The notes below the pieces were generated by a model. That model did no database searches and was not told where the DNA came from. It saw nothing but the letters and a program-made list of their open reading frames with translations. From Longimicrobiales bacterium (GTDB lineage: Bacteria; Gemmatimonadota; Gemmatimonadetes; Longimicrobiales; Gaopeijiaceae): a stretch of 64,000 nt of DNA. How positions within the stretch are numbered: position 1 is the first letter of the stretch; every line of letters starts with the position of its first letter. This document shows, one piece after another, positions 48,341-60,200 of the stretch. Location of the stretch: positions 2,080,001 through 2,144,000 of the forward strand of contig OZ242008.1 in assembly GCA_965204735.1 (NCBI GenBank). Direction: 5' to 3'. The position numbers and the translations under genes were made by a program.

Positions 48341-48984
48341 CCCACCGCCATCCGCATGATCCAGTCGAACGCCCGCAGCACGGGCGCGAAGAAGACGGCG
48401 AAGGCGTCGCGGAAGAGGACGCCGATCAGAACCAGAACGCCGATCCCGAAGCGCCCGGCGGATTGGTAGAGGACCGCCAGCCGCGGCGGAAGGAGGTGAC
48501 GGACGACGTGGGAGCCGTCCAGCGGCGGCACGGGAACCAAGTTGAACCAAGCGAGAACCAAGTTGACGAGGACGCCGTAGGTCGCCAGCGTGGCCAGCGC
48601 TCGGCCGACGGCGTTCGTGGTCCACGACTCTCCCCCCACGCGGAAGAGCAGCGCGAGCAGCGCCGCGCACGCGGCCGCAAGAATCAGGTTCGACACGATC
48701 CCGGCCATCGAGACGCGGATGTCGCCCGCTCTGTACTCCCGGTAGTTGGCCGGGTTCACGGGCACGGGCTTGGCCCAGCCGAAGATGAAGTCGCCCGGAA
48801 GCAGGTAGAGCAGGAAGGGGACGATCAGCGAGCCCGTCAAGTCGAGGTGGGGCAGCGGGTTCAGCGTGATCCGTCCCAGGTCCCTTGCCGTGGTGTCGCC
48901 CTCCCGGAGCGCCTGCCAAGCGTGCGCCACCTCGTGGACCACTATGGAGAACAGAAGAACGGGGACGATGTAGAAGAAGTCCAT
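48337..48984 (-). CDS. Site-2 protease (M50 family)
   Basis: Motifs HEVAH, TLNPLPH, WAKPVP and FNLVPVPPLDG. Confidence 0.93.
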   Translation of the reverse strand: MDFFYIVPVLLFSIVVHEVAHAWQALREGDTTARDLGRITLNPLPHLDLTGSLIVPFLLYLLPGDFIFGWAKPVPVNPANYREYRAGDIRVSMAGIVSNLILAAACAALLALLFRVGGESWTTNAVGRALATLATYGVLVNLVLAWFNLVPVPPLDGSHVVRHLLPPRLAVLYQSAGRFGIGVLVLIGVLFRDAFAVFFAPVLRAFDWIMRMAVG

Positions 48985-49063
48985 GGGGTCAAGCTAGCGG
49001 AAACGGCCCCGGTTCGCCGAGGGGCCGAAAAGGGACTCCTGGGCGAGTTCTCGAAGCCGCGGC

Positions 49064-49170
49064 CCAGCTCCCGGCGCCGCTTCCGGGGTCGCGGTCCAGG
49101 TCCCGGCGCAGCTTCCGGAGTCGCGGTCCAGGTCCCGGCGCAGCTTCCGGGGCCGCGGTCCAGGTCCCGG
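49064..49170. repeat. Intergenic tandem repeat, 32-bp unit x ~3.3
   Basis: CCAGGTCCCGGCGCAGCTTCCGG(A/G)GTCGCGGT-like units start at 49064, 49096, 49128 and 49160. Confidence 0.85.
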
Positions 49171-49190
49171 TGAAGGACCGGGGCGAGGGG

Positions 49191-49219
49191 TTGACCGGCC
49201 TCATTGGCGATTCTAGCTT
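49191..49219 (+). promoter_or_regulatory. Candidate sigma70 promoter of rpsT
   Basis: TTGACC, 17 nt spacer, TAGCTT, about 100 bp upstream of rpsT. Confidence 0.55.
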
Positions 49220-49318
49220 GCAGGCTCGCTGGTCGTCGGGCCGCGGAACGCCTCGTTCGGCCGCGGAACGCCGTTTCGGCGGCCACGGAACCCACGAGCA
49301 ACTTTGAGCAAGTTTGCG

Positions 49319-49573
49319 ATGCCGAACATCAAGAGCGCCAAGAAGCGGATGGAACTCAGCCGGGCCGCGCGGACCCGCAACCGAGCCGCGCGGTCGAAGA
49401 TCCGTACCGCGATCCGGCGGGTTCAGGAGGCCGGTTCGCACGAGCAGGCCGAGTCGTCCCGTCGCGCGGCCGTCGCGCTCCTCGATCGGGCGGCCGCCCG
49501 CCGTCTGATCCACCCCAACAAGGCCGCCAGGATCAAGTCCCAGCTCAACCGGAAGGTCCGCGCCCTGGCCTGA
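49319..49573 (+). CDS. rpsT: 30S ribosomal protein S20
   Basis: MPNIKSAKKR...IHPNKAARIKSQL. Confidence 0.97.
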   Translation: MPNIKSAKKRMELSRAARTRNRAARSKIRTAIRRVQEAGSHEQAESSRRAAVALLDRAAARRLIHPNKAARIKSQLNRKVRALA

Positions 49574-49801
49574 GGCGGGTCCGGGCGTCGCCCGGATCGT
49601 TCGGGAAGCGACGGCATTGGCGTCGCCTCGGTCGCTACCGCCCCTCCGCCCGATGCTGGGCAACTACGAGGACAGGCGGACGTGGCTGATGATGGTCGCG
49701 ACGGTCGCTGTCGCCCCTCCGCCCGATGCCGGCCAACTACGACATCCACAAAGCAGTGCCATATGAATGCGTCAATCGATGTTATTTGCTAACTTGTTGC
49801 C

Positions 49802-50443
49802 ATGAAGTTCGCAGAACTGCTGGAGATCGTCGAGGACGAGCCCGTCTTTGAGACGGGTCTGCTGAAGGCCGGGCGCGGTCGCGAGGCCGGGTTGGCCGGG
49901 CAACTGGTGCGCTGGTCCGCCGCCGGCCGCCTGCACCAGCTGCGCAGGGGGCTTTACGCCCTGGCGCCCCCGTACCGGAAGACGATTCCCCACCCGTTCC
50001 TCGTGGCCAATCGAATGGTTCCCGGATCCTACGTGAGCGGAGTGTCGGCGCTTGCCGCTGCGGGAGCCGTGCCGGAGCACGTTGCCGAAGTCACCAGCGT
50101 CGGGTCGGTCAGGCCGAGGCTCCGCGAAACGCCGCTGGGTCGCTATTCGTTCCGCCGCGTCAAGCCGGAGATGCTCTTCGGCTACCGGCGGACGGCCCTG
50201 GGCGGAGGCCAGCACGCCTTCGTGGCCAGCCCCGAGAAGGCGTTCCTGGACTTGGCCTACCTGCAGTCGGGGGGCGACGACCCGGCGTGGATCGGCGGAC
50301 TGCGCCTCGACGCCCAGGCGTTGTCGATGGCCGCGCTGGAGAGTTTTGCCGCCAAGGCAGCCAGCCCGAAGTTGAAGCGGGCGGTCCGCCATCTCCGCGC
50401 CCTGGCCGAAGATCCAGCCCTGGCCTACGAAGAACTGGAGTGA
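49802..50443 (+). CDS. AbiEi-like antitoxin (type IV TA)
   Basis: N-terminal wHTH, LRRGLY, SYVSG.SAL and ASPEKAFLD. Confidence 0.82.
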   Translation: MKFAELLEIVEDEPVFETGLLKAGRGREAGLAGQLVRWSAAGRLHQLRRGLYALAPPYRKTIPHPFLVANRMVPGSYVSGVSALAAAGAVPEHVAEVTSVGSVRPRLRETPLGRYSFRRVKPEMLFGYRRTALGGGQHAFVASPEKAFLDLAYLQSGGDDPAWIGGLRLDAQALSMAALESFAAKAASPKLKRAVRHLRALAEDPALAYEELE

Positions 50444-51273
50444 TGAAGGACCACCTTCGGCTATTGGTTCGGGCAACCGATCCGCTGGCCGGACGCAACG
50501 TCGCCCGGGAGTACCTGCAGGCGCGGGTTCTGGAGGGCATGGGGCGGGCGGGCGCGTTCGCGACTTTGGCGTTTCAGGGCGGCACTGCGGTCCGCTTTCT
50601 CTACAACCTGCCCCGGTACTCGGAGGACTTGGACTTCGCCTTGGAGGGTGACCGATCCAACTACGACCTCCGCGGCTGGCTTGCGACGGTTCAGCAGCAG
50701 TTTCGGCGTGAGGGCTACGAGGTGCGGACGGCAGTTCGCGACCGCGGTGCAGTCCATGCGGCTTGGCTGCGGTTTCCCGGCATCCTGTACGAGACCGGCT
50801 TGTCCCCGCACCGGGACCAAGTCCTGGCCGTCAAGATCGACGTGGACACGAACCCTCCGGCGGGCGCGGTCGCGCGCACGCGCCTAGTCCGTCGCCACGT
50901 GTCGCTCCGGTTGTGGCATCACGACCGGGCTTCCTTGCTGGCCGGGAAGGTTCACGCGGTGCTGCGTCGGCCGTTCGCCAAGGGCCGCGACGTGTACGAC
51001 TTGGCGTGGTACTTGAGCAATCCCGAGTGGCCGCAGCCGAACCTGGAGCTGCTCTCCGCCGCGTTGCGCCAGGGTCCGAAGTCGGGCCGGGCTCTGTTGC
51101 TGCCCGGCGCTTGGCAGGAGGCAACCGCGCGCCGCCTCGCGACGCTCTCGTGGGACGATCTCTCGGCCGACGCACGACCGTTCTTGGAAGGGCCGAACCG
51201 CCTGCCCGACCGGGCGGAGGTGCTGGATCTGCTGAGGCCGCTCCAGCCTAGGGGCCGGCCTAGGGCCAGCTAG
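50443..51273 (+). CDS. AbiEii-like nucleotidyltransferase toxin
   Basis: Motifs FQGGTA, RYSEDLDF, AGKVHA and KGRDVYDL. Confidence 0.88.
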   Translation: MKDHLRLLVRATDPLAGRNVAREYLQARVLEGMGRAGAFATLAFQGGTAVRFLYNLPRYSEDLDFALEGDRSNYDLRGWLATVQQQFRREGYEVRTAVRDRGAVHAAWLRFPGILYETGLSPHRDQVLAVKIDVDTNPPAGAVARTRLVRRHVSLRLWHHDRASLLAGKVHAVLRRPFAKGRDVYDLAWYLSNPEWPQPNLELLSAALRQGPKSGRALLLPGAWQEATARRLATLSWDDLSADARPFLEGPNRLPDRAEVLDLLRPLQPRGRPRAS

Positions 51274-54200
51274 TCAAAGGCGATCCTGCCGACGAGTCCG
51301 ACGCGGCGTTCCGGGGGCTGGAGTCCGTCGGCCACCTGCTCGCCGAAGAAGTCCATCACCAGGCGGAGGCCGGGGGCCTGCTGCTCGGCGGTCTCGCCGC
51401 CCAGCATCGCCCACTGGGTCCCTACGTTCAGGCGGTAGCCGGCCGCGCCCTCGCGGCTCCAGCGACCGAACGGCTTGATCTGGCCACCGCCGGGCAGCAG
51501 AACGCCGTAGCCCACCTGCATCGCCAGGCGGGACGGCGCCCAGCCTCGTGCGTTCTGGGGCGCTCCGAAGCCGTGGGCGGACGGGAAGCCGTGGGCCGGC
51601 ACGCCGCCGGGGCTCGCGGGACCGCCTGGCGCGGCGGGACCGCCGTAGCCGGCTTGGTCGCCGCTGGCGGGCACGCCGCCGGGCTGCGCCGCCGGAGCCG
51701 GCGCGCCCCGGCCCGGCACGCCCGCGGTCCGCCACACGTCGGCGCCGCCCTGCCACAGCGTCTGCGCTCCGCCCGAGGCATTGCCCCACGACGGCTCCAG
51801 CGAGAACGACAGCCCGCCGTCTTCGCGGCCGGGCTGGACCCGCAGTGCCACCGCCGCGCCCCAATCCTTGAAGTTCCGGTCCTGGTGGATCAGCAGCATC
51901 CGGCCACGGGCGTCCAGGCTCAACCCGCTGCCCGCGTGCGTGAAGCCCAGCTCGGCGCCCGCCTCGGCGCCCATCCCCGTCTCCGCGTCGCCCCGATCGT
52001 AGCGACCGCCCACCTCGATGCGCGTGCGCATGGCCACGCCGCTGCTCGTCCACTGCCCGCCCAGCTCGGGCGCCAGCCGCACCCGCTGCGCGTCGGCCGT
52101 CACGGCAGCCACATGTCCGTTCGACGCATCCGTCATCATCCGCACCGCGAAGGCGTCGGCCTTCAGCGCCAAGCCGCCCACCAGCTGCTGACGCACGCCC
52201 AGCGCGCCCATCCGCATCCGCAGGTCGGCGTCGTAGGTCGGACCCATCTCGCCCACGTTGGCGGCGCCCATCCCCGCGCCCGCCAAGCCCCATATCCCGA
52301 AGCCGCCCTGGGACGACCAGCTCAGGTAGGGGTAGAGGCTGGTCAGGTGGGCCTTCGTCTTGCCCACGCCGTTGATCCCGCTCTCGTAGTTCGCCGCCAC
52401 GTCGCTGCGCGAGCCGGCCAAGCCCATCAGGAAGCCCGAGCCGAAGCGGTAGTCCAGGCCCACATAGGCCGAGCGGGTCCGGCCGTCCATGGCGAAGTCG
52501 TCTTCGGGACGGCCCTCGAACTCGCCCACGTTGGCCTGGCCCCACAGCGTCCAGCCGGCCTGGGAGGCCGCCTGCGCCGGGGATGCGTCGGGCGAGGCGC
52601 TGGCGGAGCTGGCGGCATCGGCGCCGGCGCCGCCCTGGCCGTCGGGCGAGCCGCCACCGAAGGAGAGCTGGAACGAGCTCCGGGAGCGGAGGTCGCGGCC
52701 TGTCAGCGGGCTGAACGCGACGCCGCCGCGGGTGCGCTCGGCGCGGCCCGCGTCCTCTTCCCGCTGGCCCTGGTACGAGCCGCCCAAGCCGAGGGTGCCG
52801 CTCGGAGCGCCGCCCAAGCCCGTCGCGCCGTCGCCGAAGAAGATGGCGGCCAAGTCCAGCGTCCCGCTCGGGATGCCGCCGGGTCCCGACCCGGTGCCCG
52901 GATGCGTGATCTGGAACCCGAGCAGGCCCGTTGCGTCCCGCACCAGCGACTCGAGTCCGCAACGGCCGCCCGAGACGCCCCCGCCCAAGCCCGCGCCGCC
53001 TTCGTCCGGGCCAGCGTGGGCCGAGGCCGTGCCGCTGGACGTGCCGCCCGAGTCGCGGCCGCCGCCGAACGCGACGCAGCTCAGCGAGCGCCCGCCCAGC
53101 TGCACGTGCGAGCCGCCCGGCGAACCCGACGATTCCAGACCCAACCGACCGCCGATCGCGTCCACCGTCTCCGTTCCCAGCGACCGTCCGAACGCCGCCA
53201 GCGTCAGCTTCAACGCACGCGCCCGATCCGCACGCGACGCCGACACCGTCACGCTCGCCTGCTGCGTCGCCGTCAAGCCGCCCGCGTCCGTCGCCGTCAC
53301 CGTCACCACCGCCGCGCCGATCTCCCGCGGCGACACCGACAACCGCCCCGCGCCCGACACCGACGCCGCCGCCACACTCGGCGACGACGACACCACCGCG
53401 TAGCTCAGCGCGTCGCCGTCCGGGTCCCGGAAGTACTCGCCCAGACCCACCTCCCACGGCGCGCCGCCCACCTCCAGCACCGGCGGCGAAAGCGACCCCA
53501 CCGCCTCCGGACCCTCGTTCACGTCCAGCAGCGTCACCACGACCGCCGCCTCGGCCGTCAGACCGCCGCCGTCCGTCACGCGCACCGTCAGCGCGAACTC
53601 CGGCGGACCGTCCTCGTAGTCCTCGCCGGCGCCCACGTAGCGCACACGCCCGCTCGCGCCGTCCACCTGGAACCGACCCGCGTCGCCCTGCGCCAAGCTG
53701 TACGTCAGCGCGTCGCCGCGGTCCGGGTCCGTCGCCTCGACCCGTCCCAGCTCCCGAGGCCCGCGCACGTTCTCCGCCAGATCGAAGGCATACGCAGAGT
53801 CCACGAACGCCGGCGCCTCGTTCACGTCCAGCAGCAGCACCCTCACCTTCGCCACCGCCGCCAACCCAGCACGGTCCGTCGCCACCACCTCGAACTCCCA
53901 GCCCTCAGGACCCGTCTCCGCGTCCTCGCCAGCGCCCACGTACCGCACCACCCCGCTCGACTCGCCCACGTCGAACAGCGCCGCGCTCGCGCCGCTCAAG
54001 CTGTAGCGCAGCGTGTCGCCCGCATCCACGTCCGTCGCCTCGACCGCGCCGAGCTCCACCGGGCCCGCCACGTGCTCCGCCAACTCCCACTCCCAGATCG
54101 CCTCCACGAACACCGGGCCCTCGTTCCGGTCCTCGAGCGTCACCACCACTCGGGTCCGCGCAACCAGACCGCCTCGGTCCGTCGCCGTCACCTCCAGCTC

Positions 54201-57200
54201 CCAGCTGCCCGGGCCCGTCTCTGCATCTTCGCCCGTGCCCACGTACTGCACCGCACCGCTCGTCGCGTTCACCTTGAACCGCTCGGCGTCGCCCGCCGTC
54301 AGCGCATACGACAGCCAGTCGCCGCCGTCCGGGTCTGTTGCCCGAACCGCGCCCAGCAGCAGCGGACCGCGAGCGTTCTCCGCCAGATCGAAGGCGTACG
54401 CAGAGTCGGCGAACGCTGGTCCCTCGTTTACGTTCGTCAGCGCCACCGCCACCAACGCCTTGGCGCTCGAACCCGCCAGGTCCGTCGCCGTGACTTCCAG
54501 CTCCCACGACTTCGGTCCCGGGCCCTCGTAGTCCTCGCCCGTCCCCACGTACCGCACCGCGCCCGTCGCGCCGTCCACCTCGAAGCGATCGGCGTCGCCC
54601 GACGCCAGCCGGTACGTCAGCGTGTCCCCTTCGTCCAGGTCCACCGCCTCCGCCACGCCCAGCGCCAGCGGCCCGGCAACGTTCTCCGCCATCGCGAAGG
54701 CGTAGCGCTCCGCCGTGAACACCGGCGCGTCGTTCACGTTCACCAGCCGCACCGTCACCGTCGCGTCGCCCGTCCGCTCACCGTCGTCCGCCGTCGCGCG
54801 CACGATCATCACGAACTCCGAACGCGCCTCCGCGTCCTCGCCCGTCCCCACATACCGCACCTCGCCGGTGCGAGCGTCCACCTCGAAGAGACCCTCGTCG
54901 CCCGCCGCCAGCGAGTACGTCACCTCGCCGCCGAAGGGATCGGTCGCACTCACCGTCCCCACCACCACCGGCCCCAACTCGTCCTCCGTCAGCTCGAACT
55001 CGTACTCCGCGCGACCGAACACCGGGTCCGTGCCGCCCGCCCCGTTCACCTGGTGCTCCTCCAGGTTCTCCACCGCGTAGCTGCTCAAGTCCAGCGTAGC
55101 CGCCGTCGTGCCGCCCGCGATCCGCAGCGCGCCGCCTGCCGCCGTCAGCGCGTCGGCAGCGATGCTGATCCCGTCCTCGTCCCGGTCCGCAGGCTGCACC
55201 ACGTACTCGAACACCAGCACCGGCGTGCCCGAACCCGACACGTAGCTCGCGTGACGCACGGCCGTTCCGATCTCGATCGACAGCCGCACCGGAGCCGTCG
55301 CAGCCGACATGTGGCCCGCCTGCTGCGGCGCCCCCGCCACCTCGACCGGTCGGCTGAACGTCACCGCCACCCGGATCACGCTGCGCGGACCGTACAGTCC
55401 GTTCGCGCCCGGCGTGCTCGTCACCGCCATCCCCACCACCGCCGGAACCGCCTCGACCGTGCCGTCCACCTTGTCGTTCGCGGCAGCCGCGATCGCGTGG
55501 CTGCCCAGCGCCAGAACCGCCGGACGTACACCGTCCGCCGTGTTCACGATCGTCGCGCCGTTCAGCGTCAGCGCAGCAGCTGCCACGCCCACGCCGTCGG
55601 CGTCGGCGTCCACGCCGCCCGTCCCGCTGCCGCCACTGCCCGCGCCCTGCACGCGGTACGCGAACGACAGCGTCGCCGTGCCGCTGCCAGCGGCGTAGCT
55701 CGCCTGCCGCGTCGCCGTGCCCACCGTCAGCGCCAGCTGCGGCGCGCCCGTCACCGTCACCGCACGGTCGAACGTCACCTGCACCTCGATTCGCTCGCCC
55801 AGGCCGTAGGTGTCCCCGCTCTCCGGCGTGCTCGACACCGCAACGCCCGTCACCGACGCGCCCGCCAGCGTGCCGTCCACCTTGTGGCCCGCAGCAGCGC
55901 TCAGCGCATGGCTGCCCAGTCCCAGAGCCGCCGCAGTCGTGCCGTTGCGGGCGTCGGCGATCGTCCCGCTGTTCAGCGCCAGCGCGCTCGCGCCGATGCT
56001 GATCCCGTCGGTGTCGGCGTCCGCCTGCACCACCGTGTACCGGAACGTCAGCGTGTGCGTGCCCGTCCCGCTCGCGTAGTCCGCCTGCCGCGTCTGCGCG
56101 CCCACCGTCAGCGCCATCTGCGGCGTGCCCGTCACCACCACGCGACGGTTGAACGTCACCTGCACCTCGACCTGCTCGCCCCGACCGTACGTCGTCGCCA
56201 CCGCCGGCGAACTCGTCAGCGACACGCCGCTCACCGACGCCGCCGTGAACGTCCCGCCCGCAACCTTGTGGCCCGAGCTGTTGCTCACCGCATGGGCGCC
56301 CAGCCCCAGAACGGCGTCCACCGTGCCGCCCGCCACGTCGATCGTACCGCCGTTCAGCGCCAGCGCGCTCGCGCCGATGCTCAACCCGTCGGCGTCGGTG
56401 TCTGCCGTCACGACCAAGTACCGGAACACCAGCGACGCCGTGCCCGTCCCGCTCGCGTAGCTCGCCTGCTTCGTCGCAGCGCCGATCGTCAACGCCAGCT
56501 GCGGCGTGCCCGTCACGTCCACACCCTTGTTGAACGTCACCGTCGCGATGATCGTGTCGCCACGCTCGAACGTGTCGCCGATCGGCGGCGACGCGATCGA
56601 CACGCCGCTCACCCCCGGCGGTCCCTGGGCACCGTCCACCCTGTGGGCCGCGTCGTTCGATATCGCGTGGCTGCCCAGCCCCAGGCTCGCCGCCGTCGTG
56701 CCGTCGCGGGCGTCGGCAATCGCGCCGCCGTTCAGCCCCAGTGCGCTCGCGCCGATGCTCAACCCGTTCGCGTCCGCGTCCCCAGCCACCACCTCGTACT
56801 GGAACGTCAGCTGCTTGCCGGCGGTCGCCGAGACGTACGCCGCTTGGCGGGTCTGCGAACCGATCGTCAGCGCCAGCTGCGGCGCGCCCGTCACCGTCAC
56901 GTTGCGGTTGAACGTCACCTCGACCTCGATCTGCTCGCTCAACCCGTACGTGCTGCCGCCCGCCGGGCTGCTCGTGATCGACACCTCGCTCACCGACGAC
57001 GCCGTGAACGTGCCGCCGGCGACACGGCGCGCGCCGTCGTTGCTGATCGCGTGATGCGCCAAGCTCAGCAGGGCGTCCGTCGTCCCGCCCGCCACGTCGA
57101 TCGTCCCGCCGTTCAGCGCCAACGCGCTCGCGCCCACGCTCAACCCGTCCGTGTCCGCGTCCGCCTGCACCACCACGTACCGGAACACCAGCGCCGTCGT

Positions 57201-60200
57201 GCCCGTTCCCGATGCGTAGCCGGCCTGCCGCGTCTGCGTCCCAATCGACAACGCCAGCTGCGGCGTGCCCGTCACGTCCACCGCCTTGTTGAACGTCACC
57301 GTCGCAACCACCGTGTCGCCCCGCTCGAACGTGGCGCCCACCGGCGGCGCAGCCACCGACATCCCCACCACGCCCGGCGGTCCCAAGCTGCCGTTCACCT
57401 TATGCGACGCCGCGTTCGACACGGCGTTCGTACCCAGCCCCAGCGCCGCCGCCGCAGCGCCCGGGCGCACGTCCGCGATCGTGCCGCCGTTCAGCGTCAA
57501 AGCGCTCGCGCCGATGCTGATTCCGTCGGTGTCCGCGTCCGCCGGACGGACCGCGTATCCGAACACCAGCGTGTCCGCCTTGCTGGAAGCGGCCACATAG
57601 CTCGCCTGCCGCGTGACCGTCCCAATCGTCAGCGCCAGCCGCGGCGAGCCCGTCACCGCCACCGGGCGACCGAACGCCACCTTCACCTCGATCTGCTCAC
57701 CCAGCTGGTACGTGCTCGCGCTCGCCGGCGTGCTCGACACCGTCACCGCACTCACCGCCGGCGTCGTGAACGTGCCGCCCGCAACCTTGTGGCCCGCGCT
57801 GTTCGCCACCGCGCTCGCGCCCAGCCCCAACGTCGCATCCAGCGTCCCGCCCGCGACCCGGATCGTCCCGCCGTTCAGCGCCAATGCGCTCGCTGCGATG
57901 CTCAACCCGTCCGCGTCCGCGTCGCCGCTCGCCACCACGTACCGGAACACCAGCGTGTCCGTACCCGTCCCACTCGCGTACGCCGCCTGCCTGGTCGCGC
58001 TCCCGATCGTCAGCGCCAACCGCGGCGTCCCCGTCACATCCACCGACCGGTTGAACACCAGCGACACCTCGATCGTCTCGCCACGCTCGAAGGTGTCGCC
58101 CACCGTCGGCGCACCGATCGACAACCCCGTCACGCCCGGCGGCCCGCGGCTGCCGTCCACCTTGTGCGCCGCAGCGTTCGATATCGCGTTGCTCCCCAGA
58201 CCCAGGCCCGCCGCCGTCGTGCCGCCCCGAGCGTCGTTGATCGTTCCGCCGTTCAGCGCCAACGCGCTCGCCGCGATGCCGATCCCCGTCGAGTCCTCGT
58301 CCGCCGCCACCACCGTGTAGCCGAACGCCAGCGTCGCCGTCCCGCTCCCGCTCGCGTACGCCGCCTGACGCGTCTGCGAACCGATCGTCAGCGCCAGCTG
58401 CGGCGCGCCCGTCACCGCCACCGGGCGCGTGAACCCAACCTCGACCTCGATCACCTCCGTACGTCCGTACGTGCTGTCGCTCGACGGAGCGCTCGATATC
58501 GTCACGCCGCTCACTGCCGCAGCCGTGAACGTCCCGCCCGCCACCTTGTAGTTCCCGTTGTCGGTGACAAAGTGATCGCGCAGGCTCAGCACCGCGTCCG
58601 TCGCACCGCCCGACACGCGGATCGTCCCGCCGTTCAGCGCCAACGCGCTCGTGCCGATGCTGATCCCCGTCGAGTCCTCGTCCGCCGTCACCACCACGTA
58701 CCGGAACACCAGCGTGTCCGTGCCCGTGCCCGCAGCGTAGCTCGCCTGCTTCGTCGCGCTCCCGATCCCCAACGCCAGCTGCGGCGTACCCGTCACCGCC
58801 ACCGCCTTGGTGAACGCGATCTTGACCTCGATCGTCTCGCCACGCTCGAACGTGTCGCCCACATGAGGCGAGCCGATCGACAGCGCGCTCACGCCCGGCG
58901 GTCCGAGCGCGCCGTCCACCTTGTGCGACGCCGCGTTCGCGATCGCGCTCGATCCCAGGCCCAGGCTCGCAGCCGTCGAACCGCCCCGAGCGTCGTTGAT
59001 CGTGCCGCCGTTCAGCGCCAGCGCGCTCGCGCCGATGCTGATCCCATTCGAGTCCGCGTCCGCCGCCAGCACCTCGTAGCCGAACGTCAGCGTCTTCGTG
59101 AACGTCCCGCTCGCGTACTCCGCCTGCCGCGTCCGAGCCCCCACCGTCAGCGCCAGCTGCGGCGCGCCGCCCGTCACTACCGGCCGCACGAACGACACCT
59201 CGACCTCGATCTCCTCGCCCAGACCGTACGTGTCACCGCTCGACGGAGCGCTCGAGATCGTCACGCCGCTCACCGACGACGCCGTGAACGTCCCGCCCGC
59301 AACCTTGTGCCCCGTGCTGTTCGTCACCGCGTGCGTGCTCAGCCCCAAAGTCGCGTCCAGCGTCCCGCCCGACAGCCGGATCGTCCCGCTGTTCAACGCC
59401 AGCGCGCTCGTCCCGATGCTCAACCCGTCCGCGTCCACGTCCGCAGTCACCACCGTGTACTGGAACACCAGCGCCGTCGTGCCCGTGCCGCTCGCGTACG
59501 ACGCCTGCCGCGTCTGACTCCCGATCCCCAAAGCCAGCTGCGGCGTACCCGTCACGTCCACCGCACGGTTGAACGTCAACGTCGCCGCAATCACGTCGCC
59601 ACGCTCGAACGTGTCGCCCACGGGCGGCGACGCCACGACCAACCCCGTCACCCCGGGCGGCCCCAGGTTGCCGTTCACCTTGTGCGCCGCAGCGTTCGTA
59701 ATCGCGTAGCTCCCCAGGCCCAGGCCCGCCGCCATCGTCGCGTCGCGAGCGTCCGAGATCGTGCCGCCGTTCAGCGCCAGCGCGCTCGCCCCGATGCTGA
59801 TCCCGTTCGCGTCGGCGTCCGCCGCCACCACCACGTAGCCGAACGTCAGCGTCTTCGTCCCCGTCCCGCTCGCGTACTCCGCCTGCCGCGTCTGCGTACC
59901 AATCGTCAGCGCCACCTGCGGCGTGTCCGTCACCATCACGCGCCGGTTGAACGTCACCTCGACCTCGATCTGCTCCGTCCGGCCGTACGTGCTGTCGCTC
60001 GCCGGAGCGCTCGTGATCGACACGCCCGCAACCGTCGCCGCCGTGAACAACCCGCCGTTCACCACCAGGAAGTTGCTGAACGCCTGGTGCTCCAAGCTCA
60101 GCAAGGCGTCCGTCGTTCCGCCCGCCACGTCGATCGTCCCCCCGTTCAGCGTCAACGCGCTCGCGCCCACGCTCAACCCGTCCGCGTCCACGTCCGCAGC

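Noticed and set aside
49197..49206. GGCCTCATTG, matching part of the CRISPR repeat, in the rpsT promoter spacer
   Set aside because: Only 10 nt, with no hairpin or second repeat. Consistent with chance.
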